A stretch of DNA of 63,055 nt, filler included, from Choristocarpus tenellus KU-1152 (GCA_964200185.2; 11 parts of 11 records of this genome joined end to end with filler, not necessarily neighbours in it), one strand, 5' to 3'. Shown: positions 25,910 through 40,111, counted from the whole stretch's first letter. Made by a program: numbers and translations. The notes: a model not told the origin generated them from the sequence alone.

Positions 25910-28175
25910 CTCTTCAAATAAGTCCTCCTCATCCTCCGGTGGCAACCCTTCCCTCTTAACAACCTTGACTGCAAATTGATGTCCCACATTCGGCCCATGA
26001 CGCAATTTGGCCTCAATCACAGTGGAGAACGCCCCCTCTCCCAGCTGGTGGCCTTGCTTGTACTTGCCAAAGAAGTCTGGGGAGGGGAGGGCATGGTGTC
26101 GGGCACAAGTCGTACGATGATGTGGGCGTGTGAGCAAGGAGGTGAGTGTAGAGAGGGAGGGTCTGAGGGACAGTGAGAACAGAACAACAATCTAAGGAGA
26201 AAGGGGGTAAGTAAGGAGGGTCAACTGTAACATGAAAAAGTAGGTATGTGCTGAGGGTTAGCAGGGGCAAGAACACTCTGCAAACACGTTGGCAACCGCT
26301 GCAGACAGTCCCTGTACGGCATATATATATTTCAATACTGTATATATATGTATGTATTGCAGTGCATTGGTTTGCTGCAAAGGATAAACTCATCCAGAGG
26401 AGCTGTAGCATGGATACAATTGAAACACAAAAATATTTAACGGTGAGAGTCTCTTGCTGCCATTTAACGGTGCTTTTCTATCGACTCTTGCATCAACAAA
26501 AAAGGGGAGTACACATTAAGATTCCTTTGCCACGGATGATATATTCAAATATAGCGGAGGTTTTCCTATTGACTACTGTGTCTTCATGGCAAGAACTGGT
26601 GTAAATACCTCTCAAGATCTAAAGTCAATCGAAGTCAGCATTGCAACTGTACCCTCAACCTCCAACTGTCGACAACCCTTTTTTTTGTGCACAAGTCCCC
26701 AGCGACTCTTGCAATGTGTCTCATATGAAAAATTAAAAAAAATCCATCGGGCAGTGAAGCTGAACGCAACTTTGTGACAGAAGTTTTTTTAAATGCTTGC
26801 TGTAAATATGAGTGATGCCAACTCCCCCCCCAACTTGAGAGAGACCGACACCAGGTGAGGATTCTACGACCTCATGTCCAAATCTACATGGTCAAAAGAG
26901 AAAGGAACGTCGGCCACAGTACTCACTCTTTGATTCAAAATGGAAGCATTGTTACTGACCTTGATGGTACACACCCAAGTCTCAGAGAGAAAGAGAGAGA
27001 GATGATAGCAAAATCAATGTGTTGTGACCCGCAGTAACGTGTCTGGGTGCTTACCAAGTCTTGTCAAAGGGGAAAGGTGAAATACGGGGAATTACATCAT
27101 CATGGTGAAGTGAAAGGCCGCAATATTGAACATGATAAAAGAGCCGTCAAAATGATGCAGTCATTGCCGCATTACTATAGGATGGTTAGCCTAATCTGCA
27201 CATGCCACACCACTCTACCAATAGAGCCCTCCCTCCCCCACTCAATACAGACGTTAGTGCCGATGTATTAAACACAAGTACTGTACCAAAAATATTGCAA
27301 GAACGCATCGTTCGAAGAGAAAATAATATGAGTATTGAGTTAGTTCCTTGAGGAAAAACTGTCTCTCTAATCACGAGATACCTCCTGGAAAATTCGAAGT
27401 TCAGGACTTTACACTGCTCTTAGTGTATTCCGAAATGAAGGTTCTACCGTTCGGTCGGTCACTACAGGACTGACTTCGCAAAAGGATGCCGCAAACCCGG
27501 GTTCAACACCCCATTCGAGGTTCAGGACTTTACGCTGCTCTTAGTGTGTTCCAAAATGAAGCAGGAAAAGACAACAAGGGTCGCCAAGTAAGGTTCTACT
27601 GTTCGGTGTCGGTCACTACAGGACCGACTTCGCAAAATGATGCCGCAAACCCGGGTTCATTACCCCTCAATTAGACAGTGGTCAGGAAGGGCAAGCTCAA
27701 ATTCAGCCGAAAACCCATGAGATACAACTGTTTTCATTGCCCCTACAACAACACTACTCCAACAACCCATCCCCATCCCTCCGCAAAGTTACTAACCTCT
27801 CCCTTCAAACGCGTCGAAGACGGGGTTGACATCTGATGGAGCCGTTGGTGGGACACTTTCGTCGATATCTACTTCTTTGTCAAGTTCTGCAGACTGTAAG
27901 GGATGAGTGAACCGAATAAAAGGCAAACATGAGGAAGGAAGGAAGTAGATTGTCAAAATATGATCTCTTTTTACAGGAAACACCTCCTCTGCTGGTTGAA
28001 CCCAAAACAACATGACCAATCTAAAGACGCGGCATTTCTTCCTAGGAATGGGGTGAGATTATCTGCCTCCCCAAGCGTGAGTACTGACCCGATGAACCCT
28101 GACCTATTCTGGTTGAGCAGCTGGTCTACTTTATCCTACAGAAGTCCTGTTCTTGCAAACCTGCGAGCACCCCAT
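25910..28175 (-). CDS. CAMK-type Ser/Thr kinase with N-terminal MGCxxS acylation motif; exons 28175-28161, 27893-27797, 26076-25910; rest off contig
   Basis: Spliced MGCSQ|SAELDKEVD...FEGR|DFFGKYKQGHQLGEGAFSTV...FAVKVVKREGLPPEDEEDLFEE; Gly-rich loop, VAVK lysine and alphaC present; phases consistent. Confidence 0.88.
27392..27668. repeat. Tandem duplication of a ~120-150 bp unit in a kinase intron
   Basis: ttcga(a/g)gttcaggactttac...gatgccgcaaacccgggttca occurs twice; second copy has a ~30-bp insertion. Confidence 0.9.
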
Positions 28176-31100
28176 CCTGCACTGATAGGATGCCTCCGAC
28201 TTCTTATACAATCCTTTAGATGAATAAACACAATCGATGACAGAGTGATGAGAGGCTGTAAGGATGATCACGAAAAAGAGTTTCCCTACTTGATTTGGAA
28301 GTTGAGGATTGGTGAAGTGTGTTGTTGCCTACCTATTGCGCGCAGAGGGTGCAGGTGCGCGATGACAGCACTCAACCCCCGATACCTCTTTTCCTTCTAC
28401 CACATACTAATCCTACCATACTGTGGTTTGTTCATTAGCACTTTCCTCTCATGCCCTCATAACTTGCTGTATTCTTCCCCTGTTCTCCATAACGTAGTTG
28501 TTTCCTGTCTTCTTTATAAGAAAACCTGATTTCGTTTATCCAACGATCACCATGACAGCCACTACAAATTTTACTTCCCCTACTACTCCCTATACTACTA
28601 CCACATAACATAACAATACTATACCTCTCCAGATAGCGACATTTCCTTATAATACCACGTGAAAAGGGGTATACTGAAACAAGGTAACTCAAAACACATT
28701 CCAAAGATTCGAGGGGAGTGGTGAAGCGAAGAGACCTGGGATGGCTGAATCCAAAGCCAAAAAGGAAGGCTTGGATGAACAGAGAGAGGCTATGTATATA
28801 CAATACTGTTGTTGTTGTAGTAGTGCATATAGCAGTATGAAAGAGGTAGTAGATCAAGTGAATATGAGAAGTAATTGTAGGAGTGGTGGTGGTGGTGGTG
28901 GTGGTGGTTTCGATAATGCTATGTAGTACCTCTGACCCGATCGCACTTTTGTTGTTCCTAACCTCGTATTTCCACGACCCTGTACAGGGTTAGGCACTCT
29001 ACATATTACGATATGACGTATGACTCTTTCCAGACACATTTGGCCAACCTACCACACGATGCAGAACAAGGGAGGGAAAGTTCTTCGCTAGCCCTGGTCC
29101 GCCACCAGAGTCAGTGTAGACGAGGAGCAAATGTATGGGCCTCCACACAACCTCTGGAGCCAGCACACCAGATCCCTCCATAGAGTTTATACTCATTGCC
29201 AGGAGATCGTTAGTGGGAGAGGAGACCCTATCCAACAGGTTTCCAGTGGCTGAGTACAGGAGGCATAAATGTCAACACACGACATACTCATACCTGCCCT
29301 AGGTAGGGCAAGGAACAGAGGATTTTCAAAATTGGGGATGGAGCGGGACTACGAGGATGGTTGTTTTGCGAAAACGGTNNNNNNNNNNNNNNNNNNNNNN
29401 NNNNNNNNNNNNNNNNNNNNNNTTAATTAATTAANNNNNNNNNNNNNNNNNNNNNNNNNNNNNNNNNNNNNNNNNNNNTACACATATGTATATAGTTTTC
29501 ATTGGTTTCCCCCTGACACATCTGCAAAATGTCAGAGGGCATAATAATAAAAATATACTGTAAGACATTGCGTGCAGAAGTGCGTTGTAGAAGTATATCA
29601 TAGTTCGAAGTGGTGTATCAGACGTACCTTATATAAATATATTACATGGTACTAACTACTATATATTGTGCTAGAGAAATTTTATAGATGGTTGTGATGT
29701 GATAGGAAGAACCATTGTAACATTTCAACTTGCAACAAGGCATGGAGTATGCAGTAGGGACAAAATAAGTTGGGGGTTGGTTGATGATGGAGTTTGAACA
29801 CAAGAAAAGAAGAGAACATAGTTCAACTAGACTTAACACATTCATTTTGTTTTCTGTTATCAATGTGACGGACAGGTTCCTTTGGGAGCTGATCTCAGTC
29901 CAGAGACTCATTCGTGCGCACATTTCTTTGTCATTGGTGACTTTCCCGCCAACATAAAACACAGAAAATTTTGAGGACCCTCAGACACTTACGGTTGAAC
30001 ATTCACAAAGATGTGATATCACCCGTCGGATCTGAGACCCGATCAAACCTTTTCCTGAGATTTGATGTCTGAGAGAGCTTCGGGTTTGCTGGAAGCACCC
30101 CACCATGACACAACTTTATTCTGAACACCCCCCACGACTGATTGGACGCTGCCTCACGACATCAGCGTAAGATTATTTTATCCATTCACATTTTTGAGGT
30201 TGCTCACGTAATACTTTTTACGTTGTTTTATGTAGTGATAGGAGGAAGAATTAGAGAACATAGTATACAACAGAATTTCTGTTGAACGCTAGAACATTCA
30301 CAATCAATGGATGTAGGGTTCCTTTTCAGATATAATTTGAAATAAGGCAAACTGTGAGATTATATAGTTATCCATCTTCGGTTCCTCTTTTTTCTTATCA
30401 GAATAAGGGAGTGTGGCTTCTCATAAAAGAGTCCGTCATACATAGATTTTTGTAATGTTCCTACTTGAATATGGTGGATTTTGTTGGGGTTCTGAAATAT
30501 CTGTATATTTGAAGATTGAACTTCAACTATTCTAGTGAACAAGAAGGGAGTGTGGTTGGGTGGTTGTATGACTCATGGAGTGGTCTGGTTGAGTTCAATT
30601 CTATTTTCAAGCATCTCTTAGAAAGGATGGACGACGCTAATAAACCTGGCAAGTGTTGACAACCATAAAACGGGGTTTGGGATTGTGCGTGGAGTAAAAT
30701 TGCGAAGTTCTTGGACGTTTGCAATCTCCATCAGACAGTTCTTGTCTTCGTGACGAATTTCATGAATACACAAGAGGTAGCAGAAAACACAAAGTATGCC
30801 CATCCCATGGCCCTCGTGGGCCTCCCTTGGTTTTACCTCTAATTCAACCCACTCTCGCAGCCATGCAGAACTCGCCAATGGTCGATTGGGGGGTGAACGT
30901 ATTCTGCGCTTACAGTTCAAAGTGGTGCTGGTTCTCTACAAGGGGGTGTAAGAAGATTTAACTGAGTAAAGCAACACCAACTTACATGGTGTGAGATGGG
31001 AACGGGGAAAGAGGTACCCTTCTGGAAGATTTTATTTTGACAACATCGATCATGAGGCCAGTATTTCTTGTCGTGCTGATACGATACCAGATGGTGTAGT

Positions 31101-33387
31101 TTTCTTAGCGCCGCCTTCGTCTGTCTGCTGAGGAACGTCTTCCAGTTTTACCATGCTGTGTTCATGGTGAAAACATTCTACTGAACACTCAGGCACCAAC
31201 AGTTATGCATCTGCGATTTGTGAACACCAAAGGTGTCATTTACGATGCCACTCTCTTGGATACCACAATGACAAACAACCTTCATGTCTGATTTATGGAT
31301 AGTATGGACAAAGAGGTTGTTGCTTACCTTCACCAACAACACCTAACTTAGTTCTTTCAGTTCGTAGCTTGTTAGATTACTTTTTTGGGAAATATCGGAG
31401 GAACCACTAGTTAAAATAATATCGTTGAGGATGTGTTATCTCTAGTTGGTGAAAAATCAAAAACCATTTGCAAGTCCATCACACTGACTTCAGTACTAAT
31501 AGTATTTCTATAGGAGTTGAGTTGGTTTCTAGTTTCTCTGCCTTTCCCTATTGAAAGACAATGCCATGGACGAGCCCCTTCCCAACCTAATCTGAGTCAG
31601 ATACTATTTCCGCGTACATACTCATACGTACTACACACAGAGTTCTTTGCCATTGACGTACTACAATACTTCACAAAGTATAGAGCACCATCAGCCATTT
31701 GAAACATTCAGGGGATCCTTACAGCACCTGTTGTCGAGAGTCGAACCAATTGAGAGGTAGGCATATTTGAGTCCTTTTTACATTCTAAGCTATCTTTCTT
31801 ACTATGTGCAGTACAATCTATTCCATTGATTCATGTGTACGATAGCATAGGCCAAAAGAATGATATTCCCCTTACACACACAAAGTGGAAACACAATTAA
31901 GCAAATGTTCTTTCTGCACAATTGTACAAAACGAAACATCTCCCTGCTCCTTCTTGAGGTCCTTGAGATACAACCCTGCCTACCTCTCGATTGGTTGTTA
32001 TGAGATTAACATATAACGATCGTCTTATGTGAATCACGCCACCTATTTGGTAGTTCCGATCTCCCCCCCCTCACTTCTTACACATTTCCAGATCAAGAGA
32101 TGGCCAACCCATGTTGTATCGCTTATAGTCTGAAATTCAGTATACTACCAGAGGTTTGAACTAATCAGGTGGAAGTAGAGTAAGATTTGTTTTGTGTTTT
32201 TTTTTTCTACCCTAACCTAACCTAGTAGAAATCCAGCCTCCACTCCCTCACATTTGCAACCTTACTCATTTCCAGTTTTGTATATAGCCACAAAAATGTG
32301 ATGTACTGTGAACAGTTCCAAGATTCCCATACCTATCACAATCAGCCAAGGTGGTTGCTGGACTCTTGAGGGACTGCCCGTGTTCATCTTGTTCGTGAAC
32401 ACTCTTGTCGTTTCGGACTGCCCCATTTGCGAATCGAGTAATCTGCTTAATATAGCGAGTGGTTTTTGCGTAGATCAAGCAAGGGAGACCACGAGATTAG
32501 CGATACAATATGGAGCAAACAAAGACATCATTATTCATACCATAGAGTGTTGTACGAAAATTGATCTACCACTTCTACTAATTGCTCCGCTAAAGGAATC
32601 AACCGCTTTACTAGTATTAATACTACTTCTACAGCAATAACAAACCCTATCTACTTGTTCGATGTCAGAAGTCAAATAGACAAAAAAAAGTAACAATCAC
32701 ATTTATTTCGCTGTTGTAACCCCATCCATGCACTACCAGGAGAGATGGTACAAGGACCAGCTGCCTCTCATTTACTCATTCCCTACTCCTTTCCGAACAA
32801 GGCAGGCAGTGCAATATATTAGTTCACGCATACATAATCACATACGCGTTTATTTTCATAGAGCAGCAAAGTATATCACATCACACTCTTTTGTGCATTT
32901 ATGATTAGATTTTTTGACACCTCAGTCAAGTTGTATTTATGATGATAATAGCGAGGACAGGATTTATTTTCTTACCGCCTGAGAAATCAGTCTTATTTTC
33001 ATACGAATCTCAAGAATGATACTGGTGATGGTATCATCACATAGGTCCCATCAGACTCCTGCCTCTCTATCACTAGGCTGCTCCTAGTTTCTCTCCTGTG
33101 AATTTTGGGTTGCGTGATTGTTGTGAAGGTTGCACCTTTCCTTCAACATATTGCGATGGGACACGCCTGAAAGATTTCTTTTGTGGAACCACCCCCACCT
33201 GAACTCTACTGGTTTATTGCAAGATAGTGAAAAGCGATAGTATGAAAATACGAGGGAAAAAAATTCAAACTTGAATTTAGTAGGGGTGGGCTAAAGACTG
33301 CTATTATTGATGTTAGAGTATAGTAGTAGTTAGTATTAATATTGCATGCAATAGTTGGATGAAGTAAATGACCTAAAGCACTTATTA

Positions 33388-33624
33388 ATTTAGAGGGTAG
33401 GAGGTTTGCCCTGTTTGTCCGCTCATGGGTTTTTTAATTCCCTTTTTGGGTTTTCGAAATATTTCGTAGTAGGTAAAATTTGTACGACCATGACAGGTAG
33501 GTGTGTCCAGAGCAAGAATATTGACACTTCCTAACAAACACGAAAACCAAAATTCACCAAAATCGCAACATCGAATTTTGGAACCCAAACGGACACGGCC
33601 CTACCCTCTTAGATGATTTTACTC
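33388..33624. mobile_element. Diverged MITE family A copy
   Basis: ttagagggtag...ctaccctcttagatgattttactc; interior similar to other copies. Confidence 0.8.
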
Positions 33625-34925
33625 AAAACTCGATTCAGGAGGAATTACCGATGGTGCGTTGTCTCATAAACGTCACATGTAGACCTGTAAGTTTATCATC
33701 ACATTTAGAGAGAAAACAGGTATTTTGTCCTTCTATTATTGCAGGGGTTTCAGAAATTGTGAATTATTCAGAATATTATATCAAGTACTTGCAGGACATC
33801 ATACCTCCGTTTATTTGTCCACTCCGAACAACGAGAACTGGCTTGGTGGAGTGGAATCTGGCATGGATTTCTAGCTATTTATCGTGCCCTCTGTACCTGT
33901 GCGTATCCAGGCTTACATTCCCTACGCCTTGTTGTTTCAATGTGGAAGGGCATCGTCTTCCCTCCTAAAATGACGTGTTACACATCCAAAGAAATGTTGA
34001 TTCGACATCAAGATGGTTCACTCCTGTGGACGTGACGGTATTTATTCCCGTGCTCATCGTAGTGGGTTTTCAGTATGACTTAATTCCATGTTCAGCATCA
34101 GTTCGAAATGTTTTCTTCTCCATTATTCGCCCACACTTTTAACAGGTGACGAACTGGGGAGGAAGTAAAAAATATGACGACGTAGTAGTACTAGCCAATG
34201 CCTTGATTGAGCACAACAGTCGACATTGCATGTGGTGTGGAATTTTAGCAAAATGTTGAAATATTAAATTCAGGAGAAAATCTGTAGCACTACTATTGTG
34301 GCCAAGATGAAGTGATTCAGGACAGTTTGGTGCCACGAATCTTTCCCCGCAAAGGTAGTCAGGACAGCCCGCAGTAAGGGCTCCCTGCAGTGAGCTCAAA
34401 CGATCATTCATGTTTCCTTACCCATTTTTCAACAAGACAACATTGTTTGCATGTCATATCACCAGCGACTCGTATCTGTTTGCTTTCTTCTGTGCTGGCC
34501 AGTCACATGCAACACACACAGGGGAAAATACACTCTGAACAAACTGGAACAACATCCACTACACATAACAGTGGATTTTAAAAATTGAGGATGGAGCGGG
34601 GCTATGAGGATGGTTGTTCTGCGAAAACGGTCTTGAAAAAGTACCGAAAGGTTTTTCTTGCAACTGTTTTTGCACTTGGAAGGGCCCGGGATACGTCCTT
34701 TTTTTGGATATGTTTCGGCACTTTTTAAGGGTCCAGATATATTTTTGTTCAAATATTACGNNNNNNNNNNNNNNNNNNNNNNNNNNNNNNNNNNNNNNNN
34801 NNNNTTAATTAATTAANNNNNNNNNNNNNNNNNNNNNNNNNNNNNNNNNNNNNNNNNNNNTTTTGGGTGGGGTGGTATTTGGTTTTTTTTTTTTTCTTAG
34901 GGGGGGGCAGGGGCGGGGAGAGCAG

Positions 34926-37058
34926 GTCTGTTGTTTTGCTATGACCCTGCGTCAAGACGAGGAATACTGCTGCCAGGCAAAGACTCTTTCGGAATATCTC
35001 ACCATGAACAGGGAGGTCAGAGCGCCCTCACTGCCTTTCTTTTTCTTATATTATTTTTTTTTGTCTGGGAATAATTTTTTTTTGAAAGATGAATTGCTCT
35101 CTGTTCTTCCCGCCCCCCCTGCCCTGACCTCTTCTGCTGCCGCTCTGTAGCCTTCCCTGTCCCGCTGCGTCGCTCTGGTTGCTCTGTAGTGCCCCGTGGT
35201 GATTATGTGAAATGGGGCAGTCTATTTTACCGTGTTATTTGATGGCATTTTTGTTTAGGGGTTAGGGTTGGGGTTAGTAATGCTGCATCAGGGGGGCGCT
35301 TTTGGGATCAACTTTGTAGAGGTTTGAGGAAGAGGTTCAGGCGTACAGATGGTGTTTACAATTACTATGGTTGATTGAAAGGAGATCACGCCATGATATT
35401 GCTTGCGAGGAAGTGGGAGTTGTGGGCTGGGAAGGTGGTGGGCATGGTTGTTTGTGTATGAGAAAACATGTAGAACCTGTGCGTGATTGGGAAGGTAAGG
35501 GTTAGGGTTACAGGGGATACAGTTTAGGTATGGGTTGGTTGTGGGAAAGAGTGTGAGGAGTTTGTAATTGGTGAGGTGTCTGCTCCAGATCTATTTTGTG
35601 TTGAAAATGTGGCAAAAATGTGGCATCTTTTCTTTTCTGGAATGTTCTGTTCTCAACAGCTTGTATCTTTCTTCCCCCTCTTGCGTCTTTAGAGTGTGCA
35701 ATTGGTCGCTTGTAGTAATGTCTGGGGTGAGGGAGGAGGGGAGGAAATGATTAGATGCCGATGTTGATCTTATTTCCAAGCACTCCTTGTGAATAAGAGT
35801 GTATTCCCAAGATGCCCCTTTCTATCATGCACCCCACTTTCACCCATCCATCCATCCATCCATCCCAGCAATAGTATATCCAATGCCCGTTGACATACAT
35901 GTATATTGATGTATATTGATGGATGTTGATGGATGTTGACGTGTCTTTACCTGTTCCCTTGTCTGCTGTGTGACTGTCGTTTCTCTCATGCAATCCCCTG
36001 TGTCATGATGATGATGATGATGATGATGATGTCCTTGATATTTGATATTCAAAAGTTATTGATGGGTACATTTGGGGCAAAGTGTCCCTGGACCATGCCA
36101 GAGGGCTTTCGGAAGAAAGATGCATCTCTTGTGGGAACTGAATGCTGGTTGGGCACAAAGGTGAAGACAAGTCATGTTATTTTTTTTTTCATAGGGGTCC
36201 TTCCTTCTTGACCAGCCCCTCTTTTGACTAAAACCAGGGAAATTTTATGATTTCTGGTGGTAAGAGAGAGTGATACATGGTGTCGTGGTATATGATGTGT
36301 TATGACATTTTGATGTTTACACCTATGCAGGTCCAAAGTAATCCCTGAAGTGTACTGCTGATTAAACCCCAACCCTAATCCTAACCCTATCCCTATTTGT
36401 ATGGGTGATTTATTATTGCAACTACTGATTTGATCGTTATTTTATTATTATTACTACAAATTGATATGCAGTGGGGATGTTGGGGATGAGGTGAGTGTTG
36501 GGAGAGGGCGTGGGTGCCCTGCTCAGGAGTTGCACACCCTATGCCAGCGAGTTCACTATGGACTACATCAGGTATAAATCATGCAGTGAAAAAGTGTTTT
36601 TGAGCAATTTTGCCCTAACTGTTCTGATTGTTAGTGATTGCTCGTGCTCTTGATTGTAGTACAATATTGGTTATGCAATATTGTCATCCAAGAAATACAG
36701 TATTGTTATCCGACCATACAGCAGGATCATCGATTTGTTTTGAATATCTCGACACCTGATGTATGTTTGCACTTGACCATAATGTACCATAGTGATATTA
36801 AAATAATAAAATATTGTAGGGTTATTGTACCACACCGTAAGGGTTAGGGTTAGCGTTAGCGTTAGCGCTAGACCCCACTCTTCCTTATTATTATTATGAT
36901 TGTTATGATTGCTATAGTGGTTGTTGCCCTCCCCCCCCCCTCCTTTCACATTGCCAGACAAACATCAAACAATCTGTGGTGGGAGCAAAGAGCAGGGTAG
37001 GCAGCCGGTCCAAGATCAACAACTGTATCATCATGGAAGGCGTCACCATAGGGGATAA
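34926..37058 (+). CDS. EIF2B3: Translation initiation factor eIF2B gamma subunit, internal exons 34926-35015, 36056-36160, 36958-37058
   Basis: VCCFAM...YCCQAKTLSEYLTMNRE | ...SLVGTECWLGTK | TNIKQSVVGAKSRVGSRSKINNCIIMEGVTIGD, a left-handed beta-helix typical of eIF2B-gamma; GT-AG, phases consistent. Confidence 0.82.
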
Positions 37059-37990
37059 GTGAGACAAAATAGTACCCTATTTTGAGCCCTATGATAAATA
37101 TTTTAAGAGTTAGGGTGGGGGTCACTTGATATTGCGATGGCGTTTTAAAGTTTGTACGGATGTGTTCTTGACTATGCTGTGCTTGTGTTGTTTGCTGTGA
37201 TTGCACTTAAGTATATTTTTACCTCAAATAGAGCAGGAAAAGGTGAAAAAGGTGCATTATTGACATATGTCGGGATTTTTTGTCAGGTTTTTTGGAGTTG
37301 ACTGAAAAAATGAAACTTTGTTGTCTGTGGATGTAACAAACAGGTCTGAAGGTAGTTTCCTTCCCATTCTTTAGAGGAGTCTATTATCATGATGCTATTG
37401 TTTGACTTTCCATTTCCTCCTTCGATACTTTTGTATTGATAGGGGAGGCGTTATTCTTTGTTTTTGTAGGGTATTTGTAAAGAGCAAGGTAGGAAGTGTT
37501 TGCGTTGCACTCCACAGTAGGCAAATGATAATAAAAATTACAGTGATAGGCTTATATTGGTGGGGGGGAGGGGGGGGGGGAATGGAGACTCGTTCCTTTT
37601 AATTGATTCCCAGGCGTGTTTTGTACACCTGTTGACCACTACTATNNNNNNNNNNNNNNNNNNNNNNNNNNNNNNNNNNNNNNNNNNNNTTAATTAATTA
37701 ANNNNNNNNNNNNNNNNNNNNNNNNNNNNNNNNNNNNNNNNNNNNTTTTTTTTCTTTAAGGCTTATACTGACATATGTATAGTTTTCATTTGTTTCCCCC
37801 CTGACACATCTGCAAAATGTCAGAGGGCATAATAAAAAAAGAAAGGAAGGTTGTCTGCTACGATACCATTACTGCTGTATGCTATATATATATACCGTTA
37901 CACTGGTTGAGACTCCTTTTCAAGAAAAAATTCCAGAAGTAGTGGATATCTCTTCAGTCAAGAGATTTCAAACGTCAAAGATTTTCTGTT

Positions 37991-38230
37991 GAGCCAAAGT
38001 ATCTTAGAGGGTAGGGCCACGTCCATTTGGGGGCCAAAATCCAATGCTGTGATTTTGATGTAATTTTGGCTATCGTGTTTGTTAGGAAGTGTCAATATCC
38101 TTGTTCCGGGTACACCTTTTCATAACATATACATTTTACCTACTCCAAAATATTTTTGGAGTAGGAAAATGTCATGAAGAACCGATGGACAAACAGGGCA
38201 AAACTCGTACCTTCTAAGATACTTTCACTC
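37991..38230. mobile_element. MITE family A copy
   Basis: Full TIRs; 4-bp TSD TGTT at 37987-37990 and 38231-38234. Confidence 0.92.
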
Positions 38231-38399
38231 TGTTGTCACGTCTTGACATTTCTGATGAGCCCCCTTTCACGAGATCCTCTCCGCTCTGTATTTCTTTGCA
38301 GTTCTCTTCAGTTCTCTGCAGTTTTTTGCAACTTGTCCAACCTTACCCCCGTCCTCTCGGTTATGGTTCATCTTGGTCCGTCTGATCCGTCTGGTCTGT

Positions 38400-39905
38400 C
38401 TTGCCTGGTGATTCTCTTCATCAACCTTGCATGAGTGAACAACGCCACCACAGAATAACATGATTGTCATTGGCGACACTGGTGAATTCAGATATAGGGT
38501 GACGTGACGGGTAATACTTTTTTCTAACTCGAAAACTAGAAGGAGAATCCGTCGTCAAGATGAACATCTACCTGAACTTGTCGAGGAAACAAAAGAAGAG
38601 GAGAAGAAGGCCGAGACGAGGGCAAGTCAGTCCAGGACATAGAGTTTTTCCCTTGAGCTCCTCCTCGTCATCATCTGACAATTCAGAACCTGCGAATCGT
38701 AGGTGAGAATCCCCCTATCTCCTCCAGCAGATCGTTGGGGTGGTGCAGAAGCAGTGTCGTTGACCTTCGAGCATCGTGTCGGCTCAGGCGACCATGCCGT
38801 GTCCTTTTTCAGGATAGTCCAGTTTCCTCTTCACGTTCAACCGCTCACGGGGTGGCCGCTTACAAAAGAACAGTTCGGCAATGCCATCCACATGTTTATT
38901 GCCCACAACGTCAACGAGTGTGCTAGAACCAATGCTGTGCCGTCCAGGTGGCTTCAGGACCTCCTGAGACTCCAGGCCTGCGGGCACACTGCTGATCATG
39001 TACGACTCATCGGAAACCATATCACTCACACCCAACATTTGAGGAAAATCAATTTGGATATTCCACTACAAGTATAGGTCCTAAAGGTAAGACTTACTAC
39101 TGTTTTTATTTTCATATGGTATGTTGCAATCACTCTTCACTCTTGTCAATACAACCTTGCATCTATATCCTGAAACTATTGATGCTCATTGCACGGGATT
39201 TTTCCCGAACATTCTTCAGGCCTTGGTTGAAGCAATCTTCTTCAAGGTTTGGCTGGTACCATAGAATGGCGTCTCCCTAGCGATTTGGGGAGACTACAGT
39301 CTTCCCTTGGTAACCAACGCAAAAGGAACCCCTCCAATGTGGTGGAAAGATGTCTAGAAGGCTTTGATTAACGCGTTCACCCCCACCCATGGTGTGAATG
39401 TTTTGGTCTGTAGACTCGCATCCTTGAAGCAGGAAGAGACAGGTTATATCCATGAGTAAACTCTATGTTGCACCCTTGGCGATGAATCGTTTTCTAGAGG
39501 ACGTTCATTGTACAGACCCCCCCTTCAGATTGTGATGACACAACAACCCTCCTTGTCCAACAGCTTTTCAGATGTCGATTTAATTCTACAGTAGTAACCC
39601 TCCCTACCCCTACCACCTACAATATGATGGATTGTTAGGTTAGGCTGATTCTTTTGCCTGTGTGCCAAGACGCCCAAAGATTTCTACTGGGAAGGTGTTG
39701 AGATTGGCAAGCACTAAGAGATAAGTGGTGACTTATTTTATTTTATCAATAATGTGGAAATGTCAAAGGTGCAAAGTTCTCTGCTCAAGGGGGCAATCAC
39801 AATCACCGGACCGAAATTCCTTCACCTCAGAGGGTGACATCGAGTTTCAAAGGTCTTGGCTCAACATCTCAGAACAGATGAGGAAATCCAGTACAGACCA
39901 AAAAC
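38400..39905 (-). pseudogene. Decayed methyltransferase-like plus SET-like coding remnant, resembling the contig 1 gene
   Basis: Minus-strand pieces in order: SVLDFLICSEM...MSPSEVKEF; HLKSCWTRRVVVS; VNQSLLDIFPP...EEDCFNQGLKNV; MISSVPAGLESQEVLKP; LNVKRKLDYPEKGHGMVA*ADTMLEGQ (SET GxG-like); many stops. Confidence 0.4.
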
Positions 39906-39950
39906 CTTAAAACACAACAGATGTTCCCAACTGACTGAGCAACATCAAAA

Positions 39951-40111
39951 ACAGCCGATCATCAAAATTGAGGATGGAGCTTTTTATTGAGGATGAGCGA
40001 GACGCAGATTGTGTGCGGAAAGTGCACATATGTTTTTTTTTTAAGTTGCGGCACTATTGGAAGGCCCCGCGACGAATGGGAATCCATCCCGACGAAGGTG
40101 GTAGTAGGACA
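39951..40111 (+). repeat. Repeat family D (probable DNA-transposon end); other copies 29317-29378, 34568-34760, 41243-41390, 55184-55300
   Basis: All start acag(c/t/a)...; four share aaaattg(a/g)ggatggagc; longer copies share gcggaaa...ttgcggcact...gaatgggaatccat...gtagtaggaca; three copies abut contig ends. Confidence 0.8.

Noticed and set aside
36472-36571. AG...GT-bounded open segment as an extra eIF2B-gamma exon
   Set aside because: Its open frame is out of phase with the flanking phase-0 junction, and the neighbouring exons already join into a continuous beta-helix
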